In this document: positions 24,222 to 36,149 of the stretch, piece by piece
How the letters are laid out: every line of letters begins with the position of its first letter
How positions within the stretch are numbered: the first letter of the stretch is position 1
NCBI RefSeq assembly: GCF_006345805.1
Contig: NC_042999.1
Coordinates: 168,702,001-168,766,000 of the forward strand
Direction: 5' to 3'
DNA from: Octopus sinensis
Taxonomy: Eukaryota
DNA length: 64,000 nucleotides
Notes under the pieces: generated by a model
Told to the model about the DNA's origin: nothing
Databases searched by the model: none
Seen by the model: the letters and a program-made list of their open reading frames with translations, nothing else
Made by a program: the position numbers and the translations under genes

Positions 24222-25235
24222 AATAGCAGTAATAATTGTGTAGTATATGGGCAAAATATTGGACTACCACGAACTGGAACAAAAAGAAACCCTGCATACT
24301 GGATCTCATTCCTCATTGGGTAGTTAACATAATGCAAGTACATAATATTCTGCAAACTACCAGTTTCATGGAGACACCATTGCAAACTGTCTTCATAGAG
24401 TGATTTTGAGAAATGACACAGGAACACTTGTTATTTTTTCAACACTCTTATGAGTATACATTTACAATTAGATAGCATATACCTCACCATGGTATATTTA
24501 TAGTTAGAAGCAGTGAATAATTAGGAGTTGAGAATTTACCAGAGACACTAACAAAATGAGATAACAACTCTTTGATGACGAGACCAATAACTTAACTCAA
24601 CAAGTAAATGATTCACTAGTAAACAAGTTGAATTACATAATTTGTATCTAGTTTGATGACTGGGGGCTCTAAGTTCATATCTTATTTAGGTTAACTAAAT
24701 CACTACCCATCCATCATTATGAAATAGGTAATAGTATTATCCTGAAATCTATTATTTATTAATGTAATTGTTATCTAAATACTTTTTTTCAGTTGTTTCA
24801 GTCATTAGACAGGGCCATGCTGGGGTACCACCTTGAATTTTTAGTCAAATGAATCAACACCAGAATTATAATTTTTTTTTTAGCCTGATACTTATTCTTT
24901 TGGTAAGTTATAGGGACATAAACACGGACACACACACATAATAGGTTTCAGTTTTCATTTACCGAATCCACTTACAAGGCTCTGGCCAGCCCAAGAGTGG
25001 CCTGCAGTGGCACAAACAGAACTATGTGGTTGGGAAGCAAACTAGTTACCATATAGCCAACTTGTGTCTTGTAATAAAAGTTTTCTACCATAATTCCCTT
25101 TACCTCTCCAATGCATTATAGGGATATAACTACTTAACTGCTGTTTTATTTTATCAACTATCTGGAAACAGGAAAGAGTACATTTATCACAAGCAACAAA
25201 ATTAATGATTTCACTGATGTATGAGGACAAATTAA

Positions 25236-25456
25236 CCCATTAGCATTTAAACCGGCCATATCCGGCCAAAAGTATTCTGCCTGTTTTATGTTCAAAATGG
25301 CCAGATCTGGTCTCTCACACCAACCCTACAATATCATTTTAAAAATTAACAGCTACCTCATCAAAATCTCAAAGCTACAAGATAATGCCTGATTAGTTCA
25401 AAACAATGTGAATGAAAAAGCATTAATTTTGGTAGAATAATGTGAACACTAAAGGG
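25236..25456. mobile_element. piggyBac-type MITE
   Basis: TTAA|CCCATTAG...CTAAAGGG|TTAA. A related inverted copy at about 25644-26690 is split by a Helitron. Confidence 0.7.
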
Positions 25457-25822
25457 TTAAAGCTGTGCTAATATTTTATTAGTATTCTAGAATAACGTCC
25501 CTACTGAAATATTTATAACTTTTTAATGCAAATTTAAAGGATCACAATTACAAGATGTAAGACAAATACCAATCCAATGCTGTTTAATGACAAAGAATGA
25601 ATGCTGATTATTTAATGATTCAAGTAAAAGTCACTATGATTAACACTCTAACATTCAGATTATTCGGTCAAATGCAATGCTTTCTCATTCACATTGTTTT
25701 TAATTAATCATGCATTATCTCAGAGCTTTGAGATTTTCATGATGTATTTATTTGTAGAATAACATTGTAGGGTAGGTGTGAGAAATATAACTTGTCCTTC
25801 TGAACATAAAATAGGTAAAATA

Positions 25823-26665
25823 TCTATATATATAAAAGTGAAGTTGTGGGAGTGTCTGTCCCCTTCGATTTAGATTCCTAACTACTCCCACATTTTGCGG
25901 TGCAGTTTAACCAAATTCGGGTATCTTATAGTCGTGATTCATATCGAGCCCATCTGGGTATTAGCGCGCGTCTACGATGAGTCTACAATTTAAAAAATAA
26001 TTTACCATAATTTTTTTCCATTTTAACGCATATTTTTTTCCCTCCCTCGTGAAGCTGTGGGGAAGGGAGTATAAGGAAATCAACGTCGTAAAGCGTTGTC
26101 AAGGAGACCAGCGTTCTTTTAGAACAACGACCTCATGGCTTGAAGACACCAAAACAGAAATGGCTAAGTAAGCCCGAAAGCAAATTCTACAAAATCGGGA
26201 AACACGCCACACAGGGAAGGTTTCCCGTGCAAATAATTTGCACAACCGAATGTTTTAGTTGTTGCACAAATCTTTATATATAAAATTGAAGTTGTGTGTC
26301 TGTCTCCTACGATTTAGATTCCTAACTACTCCCACATTTTGCGGTGCAGTTTAACCAAAACCGGGTATCTTATAGTCGTGATTCATATCGAGCCCTTCTG
26401 GGTATTAGCACGCGTCTACGATGAGTCTACGATTTAAAAAAAATTTACCATCATTTTTTCCATTTTAATGCATTTTTTCGCTATTATATAAGGGAAGTAA
26501 CTCTCTAAAAATGTCTACGATGAGTCAACGATTTAAAAAAAATTACCATCATTTTTTATTCCATTTTTAATGCATTTTTTTGCTATTTTTGGGCTATAAC
26601 TCTCTAAAAATGCTTATATAGTTATTTCCCTTACAAACCCGAGCAACGCCGGGCGATACTGCTAG
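25823..26665 (+). mobile_element. Non-autonomous Helitron with duplicated 5' end
   Basis: A|TC start, second head at 26271, subterminal hairpin cccgagcaacgccggg and CTAG|T end. Confidence 0.85.
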
Positions 26666-26850
26666 TTAAAATATAAAAATGTTAAAAGGGTTAAGTCTCT
26701 TCCACACCAATTCAATAAAATAAAGATAAGATTTGTTAAAATCAGCTTTGAAGAGCAGAAATAATGTTATCATTCATCATAAAAGTAGTTACTAGCAGTA
26801 ACCTTCAAAGTAAAAGTAGACTAACTTAACATAAATACTTTTATATAAAA

Positions 26851-27413
26851 CTAGCAGTATCGCCCGGCATTGCTCGGGTTTGTAAGGGAAATAACTATAT
26901 AAGTATTTTTAGAGAGTTATAGCCAAAAAATAGCAAAAAAATGCATTAAAAATGGAAAAAAAATTATGGTAAATTTTTTTTTAAATCGTTGACTCATCGT
27001 AGACATTTTCTGTTTTGGTGTCTTCAAGCCATGAAGTCGTTGTTCTAAAAGAACGCTGGTCTCCTTGACAACGCATTACGACGTTGATTTCCTTACACTC
27101 CCTTCCCCACAGCTTCACGAGGGAGGGAAGAAGGGGGAGAAGCAAACAGGTGCAGGTGTGACCATGGACGCCAACTCCGCCGCCATCGACACACGAAAAG
27201 TTATGCATTAAAATGGAATAAGAAATGATGTTAAATTATTTTTAAAATCGTAGACTCATCATAGACGCGCGCTAATACCCAGACGGGCTCGATATGAATC
27301 ACGACTATAAGATACCCGAGTTTGGTTAAACTGCACCGCAAAATGTGGGAGTAGTTAGGAATCTAAATCGAAGGGGACAGACACTCACACAACTACAGTT
27401 TTATATATATAGA
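26851..27413 (-). mobile_element. Non-autonomous Helitron, same family, inverted
   Basis: TC...hairpin...CTAG on the minus strand at an A|T target. Confidence 0.85.
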
Positions 27414-28049
27414 TGATGCTAAAACTAACATTCAGCTCTCCGTAGATACTTTTAATTGCATCAGAGGAAGAGTATCATTTACCTAGCAAGTTATGAGTAT
27501 GTTGTGGTGCCATGTCACTAAGTTCATTCTTTGTCAACTTTGGCTACCAACCCAAGAACGTTAGCAGGCCGGGCGAAATGCTTAGCGGTATTTCGTCTGC
27601 GTTACGTTGTGATTTCAAATTCCGCCGAGGTCGACTTTACCTTTCATCCTTTCGGGGTCGATAAATTAAGTACCAGTTAAGCACTGGGGTCGATGTAATC
27701 GACTTAATACCTATGTCTGTCCTTGTTTGTCCCCTCTGTGTTTAGCCCCTTGTGGGTAATAAAGAAATAGGTATCTTAGAATACTTCTGTCAGTAAAAGA
27801 AAGTCATGCTAAATTGAATAAATGATAGGTTGAAGAGAAATAGAAGAGCTCAATGGCATGAATATAGACAAACACTATTGATTTGAAGTATAAAAAGAAT
27901 TCATTTGAAAAATTATATAACAAAATGATGACATAATAGCTTGATGAATGTTACCAGGTGGTGGATAAGGAATAGATCAGACGATAATGATAACAATAGC
28001 AATGATGATGATCACGGTAATTAAGACAATAATAATTACAATAACAGAC

Positions 28050-28144
28050 CTGGCAGGGTTTGGTTCAGCTGTTGGATGGAGAGACATGGTCAGCTCTCCT
28101 AACCTACTGAATGCCGCCCCAGCAGCAGTGAAAATCTCCCCAAC
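28050..28144 (-). CDS. BAP18: BAP18/C17orf49 homologue, coding exon 2
   Basis: tttcag acceptor and GTCTGT donor; VGEIFTAAGAAFSRLGELTMSLHPTAEPNPA, near-identical to the BAP18 N-terminus as recalled. Confidence 0.93.
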
Positions 28145-29063
28145 CTGAAAATAAAAAATAAAAAGAGAATCTTCAATACACAACAGAAAATGTAGAGTGA
28201 GCTAATTCAAACAGTAATTAAAGTTAAGACATTAGGCCTCTGATCATTAAGATCAAACTCTGCTACAGCCATTGCATTGTACACATCACTCAGCTTGACC
28301 AGATTATGATAGGTGTTTACACCATTCTTTTGGAAGCACTCCGTCGGTTACGACGATGAGGGTTCCGGTTGATCCGATCCACGGAACAGCCTGCTCGTGA
28401 AATTAACGTGTAAGTGGCTGAGCACTCCACAGACACGTGTACCCTTAACGTAGTTCTCGGGGATATTCAGCGTGACACAGAGTGTGACAAGGCCGGCCCC
28501 TTGATATACAGGTACAACAGAAACAGGAAGTAAGAGTGAGAGAAAGTTGTGGTGAAAGAGTACAGCAGGGATCTCCACCATCCCCTGCCGGAGCCTCGTG
28601 GAGCTTTAGGTGTTTTCGCTCAATAAACACTCACAACGCCCGGTCTGGGAATCGAAACCGCGATCCTACGACCGCGAGTCTGCTGCCCTAACCACTGGGC
28701 CATTGTACTTTATGTGTGGGACTCTGTTCGACATGTGTTGGATATATTTTGCAGTTTGGGTCTCATCAGGTACATCAGTAAAGTTGTGTCTCATTAAAGA
28801 TCTTGAGTGTTGGCTGCAATGTTGTTATATGCCTGTCTAGTTAGGGAATGAATAAAATGCAAACAAGACTGCAGAAACACAAAAATTCAAAATGTGAATG
28901 TGGAAATCTTGCTTTCCTGTTTAGATAAAACGACCCGGATCAGTTTTCGCTTTCATAACTGCTTTGATGAAAAAGAAAGTCGAAGAAGAAGAAAAGTTAG
29001 AGGGAAAACATACTCAGTCAAAGAGTTTTGTGTACATACAGTCCGACACATGCATATTCCTAG

Positions 29064-29571
29064 CTAGCAGCATAGCCCGGCATTGCCCGGGTATGTAAGA
29101 GCCCCTGGAGCAGACATGATGCTCGCTGTGAATTTTTAAAAAATTCCTGCCAATTTATTAAAGATATTGTCGAAAATATGTCATCTTGAATCTGAACGCG
29201 ATTTTCCAAAATGGCATGATTTTATCGATTTTTTCTGATGGTAAGGTATTGCATGGAAAACTAACGTCAGAATTAAGTTTCTTAGGGTAACATTAAGCTT
29301 CACCATGGTGAAAATCGATTGCAAGTTGTGAAAACTACAACAGAAAATGTGTTGCAAATAAAAAGCTTAGATTCTCAACTCCATGTCGAATTTATCAATT
29401 TTTTCCAGAACTGGGGGAACTATTCAAAATTTTCGCTGCGTTAGTTTTGAATTATGACATTGGGCTATGTGTGAGTCAAGTTTCATCAGAATCAGTTGAA
29501 AGCCGTGGTCAGGATGAGGGTACAACCTGACAGACACACAGACAGACAAACTGCCATTTATATAGAGAGAG
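29064..29571 (-). mobile_element. Non-autonomous Helitron
   Basis: Minus strand TCTCTCTCTATATAAATGGC start, cccgggcaatgccggg hairpin and CTAG end; a similar 3' end ends at 34476(+). Confidence 0.75.
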
Positions 29572-29616
29572 ATCACACACTTGTATGTATATTTATGTGT
29601 ATGTATATGTGTATTG

Positions 29617-29872
29617 TAGAGGTAGGGGTCCACCAAGGTTCAGTCCTCAGCCCCCTCCTATTTATCATAGTCCTCCAGGCAATAACGGAGGAATTCAAGA
29701 CAGGATGCCCCTGGGAGCTCCTATATGCTGATGACCTTGCTCTAATTACTGAGTCACTATCAGAACTAGAGGCAAAGTTTCAAGTGTGGAGACAAGGATT
29801 AGAATCAAAGGGCCTTAAAATCAACCTAGCTAAAACCAAAGTCCTAATATGTAGGAAGGCAGGCAAATCACA
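29617..29872 (+). mobile_element. LINE RT fragment
   Basis: GVHQGSVLSPLLF...ELLYADDL...GLKINLAKTK. Confidence 0.85.
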
Positions 29873-29965
29873 AGAAAAAGAGTATATATATATATATATA
29901 CATGGCCCTGCTCAATCAATGCCTTGTCAGTGGATTGCTCACTCAGTTGTATCTATCAATTTATC

Positions 29966-30014
<49 letters not shown>

Positions 30015-30079
30015 TTTATAGACAAGAACTGAAACAAATCAATCGTATATATATGCATGTATATATGTAAGTGTATGTG

Positions 30080-32783
30080 TTTTGGTATTGGCAACATGAA
30101 TGACAATGGTCAGAGACTACTTGAATTTTGCACATAACATAACTTGTGCATCACCAACACATTCTTTACCAACAAGACATACCACAAGGCATCTTGGAGA
30201 CATCCAAGATCTCACCACTGCCATCAGCTGGATCTCATCATTACACGAAGATCCTTTCTGAATTCTGTTCAACTGACCCATAGTTACCACAGCGCGGATT
30301 GACACAGATCATTCACTAATAAGAAGCAGGGTGAGGATTCTGCCTAAAAAAGTCCATCACTCTCAGAAAATGGGCTGACCACGTATTAACACTGCCAGAA
30401 CCTCGGACCCTACACTGCGACAATGTTTTGCATTTTCTATCAAGGTTGCCTTCAGTAGCTGCTCAACCTCCTCTGCTGAAAGTAGGGTGGAATTATATCA
30501 GGGAAGCTTTCTATACCACATCAATAGATACTTTCGGCATGAGAGAAAGGCAAAACCCAGATTGGTTCAGTGCTGGGCTCTCAGAGCTAGAAACAGTTAT
30601 CAAAGCAAAGCGTGCAGCTCTGATGCAATACAAGAGTGATTCTTCTACAAAGTCACTCGAAGAACTCAGAAAGGCAAGAAATAAAACCCAACTGACTGCC
30701 AGACGCTGTGCAAATAGGTATTGGCAGGAAATCTGTCAGAGTATCCAGTCAGCTGCTGACAGTGGCGACACATGAGGGATGTATGCCGGTTTGAAGAAGG
30801 CCCTCGGTCCATCCGCAATCAAGTCAGCTCCTCTGGAATCAACTACTGGAGATCTCATCAAGGACCAAAGCAAGCAAATGGATAGATGGGTGGAGTACTA
30901 CCAGGATCTCTACTCACGGGAGACCACGGTAGCTGAGGCTGCAATCGAGGGTGTCAAGATCTTGCCAGTCATGTGCAAACTTGACAGTCTGCCATCTAAA
31001 GCAGAGCTCACCAAGGTTATTGACCCCCTAGCAAGTAACAAGGCTCTGGGAAAAGACGGGCATCCCCTTAGAGATCATCAAAACCGGCAAAAACACCATC
31101 CTGCTTCGGCACCTTCATGAGCTTCTGTGTCAGTACTGGAAAGAGGGTACAGTCCCTCAGGATATACGGGATGCAAACATCATTACGCTTTACAAAAACA
31201 AAGGTGACCATGGTGATTGTAACAATTACCGTGGAATATCTCTTCTAAGCACTGTTGGAAAGATCTCTGCTCGCGTTATCCTGTCCAGGTTACAACTGCT
31301 TGCTTCTCGAATTTATCCAGAATCGCAGTGTGGCTTTAGAAGCAAATCAACTATTGACATGATATTCTCCATACGCCAACTTCAGGAGAAGTCCAGAGAG
31401 CAGAAAATGCCATTATATATGGCCTTCATTGATCTGACAAAGGCCTTTGACTTGGTAAGTAGAAAAGGCCTCTTCATCCTGCTCTAAAAAATCGGATGTC
31501 CACCAAAGCTGCTGAGGATCATCAAATCTTTCCATGATGATATGCAAGGCACCATACAGCACAATGGTTCAACATCAGCCGCCTTCCAAATAAAAAATGG
31601 GGTAAAGCAAGGTTGTGTCCTTGCTCCTACATTATTTGGCATCGTCTTCTCGCTGCTGCTGTCACATGCCTTTGAGACAGCAGATGATGGAGTGTTTCTG
31701 CACAGTAGCAGTGATGGGAAACTGTTCAATCTCTCGCGTCTGCATGCCAAGACCAAAATCAGAAGCGTCCTGATCAAGGAGAAGCTATTTGCTGATGATG
31801 CCGCTCTGGTATCACACACAGAAGAAGCCCTACAAAGGTTCTTCAACTGTTTTGAGCAAGCATGTGGCAACTTTGGCTTAGTTATCAGCTTCAAGAATAT
31901 CAACATCATGGGTCAGGCTACATCGGACATCCCAAACATACATATTGGAGACCACAGACTACAGGAGGTGGAGAAGTTTACCTATCTTGGCTCTGCCGTC
32001 ACCTACAACCTATCCCTTGACGCTGAGCTCAATATACGCATTGGCAAGGCAGCTGCTGCGATGGCCCAACTCTCCAAACGGGCATGGGACAACAATAAAC
32101 TGACCAAGACCACAAAAATGAAGATTTACTAGGCATGTGCACTTAGCACTCTACTGTATGGAAGTGAGACTTGGACGCTATACACACGCCAAGAGCGTCG
32201 CCTAAATATCTTTCACCTGCGCTGCCTCCAGAAAATCCTTCGCATCAAATGGCAGAATCATGTCCCCAACAAAGATGTCCTCAAGCAAGCAGGAATACCA
32301 AGCATGTTTGCACTCTTCACACAAAGACATATGAGATGGCTTGGACATGTTAGCCGTATGGAAGATGGCAGAATCCCCAAGAATACTCAACGGAAAGCTT
32401 GCTAGGGGCACTAGGTCTGTGGGAAGACCGTTCTTACGTTGCAAGGATGTTTGCAAAAGGGACATGAAGGCCTCCAACATCAATATTAGCAAGTGGGAAG
32501 CAGTTGCCAGCAACCGTGGAGATTGGCGACGTACCGTAAAAGAGGGAACACAAAGGATGACATAGAGAGAGAGGAGAAATGGAAAGACAAGAAACTATGG
32601 CATTACAACCAGCCAGGCAAAGTCTTCGCTACATTTGCGGCACCTGCCAGAGGGAGTGTTTGTCCAGGATAGGATTACACAGCCACAGCAGGAGATTTAT
32701 TAGGACATGAAATGTAAAAGCTGGACTAGATTATTTTATGCGCAACTCCAAAGTCTCCCGAGACAAAAAGGATGCCAACAACA
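30080..32783 (+). mobile_element. RTE-clade LINE, 5'-truncated and degenerate
   Basis: APE remnant (ASWRHPRSHH..QLDLI, TDHS); RT motifs NYRGISLLS, GVKQGCVLAPTLF, LFADD, FTYLGS; frameshifts and stops; caacaacaa tail. Confidence 0.92.
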
Positions 32784-33039
32784 ATATATATAGATTTCGT
32801 AGACAGGAACTGAAACAAATCAATGGTATATATATATATGTAAGTCTATGTGTGTGTCTTTGTGTTTCTCCCTCATCACTGCTTCACAACTGCTGTTCAT
32901 TTATTTACATCCACATAACTTACTGGTTTCACAAGAACAAACTAATAGAATAACTACCAGGTTTATCAACATAAAAAAAGCACTAGGCTGTGTCTCGTAT
33001 TTTTGTTTGCCCACTCAGTTGTATCTATCAATTTATCTT

Positions 33040-33080
<41 letters not shown>

Positions 33081-33101
33081 CTATATCTATCTATCTATCT
33101 A

Positions 33102-33135
<34 letters not shown>

Positions 33136-35568
33136 ATATATATATATATATATACACACAACACCCTAATGGGAGCCTTAACTCCCAAATTTTAGTAATT
33201 TCTTTTATGATCCAAAACTAGGTCAAAAGTACTGAATGGATCTTTATGAAATTTAGAAATTATATTCTATGCATAAGGGCCATAACCCCCATGACAATTC
33301 ATATATTTTTGCTGTTGATGAAATTTTAACCATAGATATTAGACACAAATGAAGTAATATTTATAAAATTTCATCTTCTTACAAAAGAAAGACCCCTCCA
33401 TGGGACTTAACACCCACAATTTTGTCATTTTATCTAAGCAAAAACGAATACAGTTGTGCTCTTGGAAGCTGTAGGGTTACCCGAGCATAAAAGTTGGGCA
33501 TTATTTCTAATTCAATGGTACAACAGTGTAACAGTTTGCTTTGACATACACTTACATTGTGATTTCTGCAATGTGGTGCATAAATTGTCAAGTAAATGAG
33601 AGGCATCTTTGCCTCCACTGATTCAGTTGCAAAGTGTTGAGTAAAGTTATTTGATTGCAGACCTCCTTTCAGTCTTTTTTATTATCACTGGGTCACACAT
33701 AGTCCCCAGATGGTAACATTGATTTCAAGGCCTTCCCAGATGAGTGACTGGTTATTCAAAGACACTTATAGATTGTAAATTTATTCTGCACAGTTACGTA
33801 TCAGTATAGTGGTCATTTGCAAACTCCAGAGGAGACACTTTCATTTCTCCTTAGCCCCCACGTCACACAGTTGTTAACGTTTATTTCAGTTGGGTCATGC
33901 CCTTCCAATTGCTATAGATTCTTAATGCATCTTACGGCTGTGCCTGTCACCTGGATGGTGAGGAATCCTACATTGGGAGTTCTTAATGACTAGGGTAGGG
34001 TAGCTGACTGCTTATTGTGATCATTCATCTTTTGGTTTCCTGTAGCTTTGTTCTCTTTTACAAACCCAGTGAACATATATTTCCTATTTCAAAGAAATTC
34101 AAACAATAGATATAAGACCCAAGTTAAACAGATTCTCAACAATTCCACTTCTCTGGTTGACATTAAGGCACCCACCCCCAACAGGGGTCTTAACTCTCAC
34201 ATTTTAGAGCTCCATGACCTCCATTTTTCAAGTGCAAAATCTTTTTAACAGGTTCAATAAAACTGGAATTTTGGAATATGCGCATAAAAATCAGTAGTAA
34301 GGGATACATGTGGCATGATTACAATTTTTTTGGGGTGTGTAAAGAGGGAAATAACCCTCATCTGCAATTTTGATGAAATTCGAAACATAGATATCCCAGT
34401 TCATTACAGAAAATATAACAGAAAAGTCGAATTGTTCAATTGAATGTAACCGGGCAACGCTGGGTATCTCTGCTAGTAACATATAAGATAAAGTAACCCT
34501 AGATATATTATGTGAAAGAGACAGGGGTTACTGGTGAAACTCCCTCGATCATACATTTGCTCAATGTATTTTTAGATTTTACAGAGAGAAATCACAATCC
34601 TGTTTTTATTTGCACTTTTTCCTAGATCCAGAAAATCCCTAAAATACGAAGAACAGACTGGTTAATAGTGGTGTGACAACGAACATGCTACTTTTATCAC
34701 TGAGTTTTCAAGACCCAGTCAGGATCAAAGGGCATGTTTTAAGATATGTAGAATATATGTGTGTGTGCGTATATATATATATATATTTCTTTACTACCCA
34801 CAAGGGGCTAAACATAGAGGGGACAAACAAGGACAGACAAAGGGAGTAAGTCGATTACATCGACCCCAGTGCGAAACTGGTACTTTATTTATCGACCCCG
34901 AAAGGATGAAAGGTAGAGTCGACCTCAGCGGAATTTGAAGGGCATCCAGCTGTAGAAACATTGCCAGATAAGACTGGAGCCTGGTGCAGCCTCCTGGCTT
35001 CCCAGACCCCGGTTGAACCGTCCAACCCATGCTAGCATGGAGAACGGACGTTAAACGATGATGATGATGATGATGAACGTAACGACAGACGAAAAACCGC
35101 AAAGCATTTCGCCCGGCGCGCTAACGTTTCTGCCAGCCCGTGCGTATATATATATATTATACACACACACACACACGAATGGGAACATGAAACTTTGAGT
35201 AGCAGTTTTTGTGATATTTTGTGATGTTTTTGCAGCTTTAATAATAAAGCATATTACTCTACCTCCGGTATTCGAGTACTATTTTCCTCACCTTGTTTCA
35301 CATTTATGTGCTTACTCTGGTGTATATATAAATCACAATAGGGTGAAAAAAAATTTAATATTAATTCATCATCATCATCATCATCATTTAGCGTCCGCTT
35401 TCCATGCTAGCATGGGTTGGACGGTTCAACTGGGGTCTGTAAAGCTGGAAGGCTTTGTCAGGCCCAGTCAGATCTGGCAGTGTTTCTACGGCTGGATGCC
35501 CTTCCTAACGCCAACCACAACACCAAGTGGCCTAGCGAAAAAAACTGCGATACAGTAAAAATTATTAA

Positions 35569-35805
35569 TACAAGTAATAAGAGAGAGACCACATGTAGTC
35601 ACTCTAACGCTAGAAATAGATCCGCAAAGGGAATCCACCACTAAAGAATTATTCTCAAGCATTAATTCAACATGCCAAGAATGCCCGCTTACATTCCTGG
35701 CGTGTTGAATTAATGCTTGAGAACAATTCTTTAGTGGTGGATTCCCTTTGTGGATCTATTTCTAGCGTTAGAGTGACCACATGTGGTATCTCTCTTATTA
35801 CTTGT
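35569..35805. repeat. Imperfect foldback, arms of about 115 bp, 8-nt spacer
   Basis: tacaagtaataagagaga...gaatg(cccgctta)cattc...tctctcttattacttgta. Confidence 0.88.
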
Positions 35806-35824
35806 AAATATATATATATATATA

Positions 35825-36149
35825 TATAAAATATTATTAGAGACAAAACCACTATTTTGCAAAACAAACAAGGAAAGACTTAATCAATACATAAAATTTT
35901 AATAAATAGTCAAAAAAACCGCCACTACAATCGTTTCTTGTCTTGATCGACAATCTTCAGGTGGACTTCCAATAAGTCAGTTTCATAATTTGAAACTGAC
36001 TTATTGGAAGTCCACCTGAAGATTGTCGATCAAGACAAGAAACGATTGTAGTGGCGGTTTTTTTGACTATTATTAAAATTTATGTATTGATTAAGTCTTT
36101 CCTTGTTTGTTTTGCAAAATAGTGGTTTTGTCTCTAATAATATTTTATA
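35825..36149. repeat. Near-perfect palindrome (arms of about 160 bp) with a canonical hammerhead in each arm
   Basis: Centre gtcagtttca(taatt)tgaaactgac; only small indels between the arms. Confidence 0.93.
36012..36054 (+). ncRNA. Minimal type I hammerhead ribozyme
   Basis: CCAC-CTGAAGA-TTGTC(gatcaa)GACAA-GAA-ACGATTGT-A-GTGG; identical copy at 35922-35964 on the minus strand. Confidence 0.8.
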
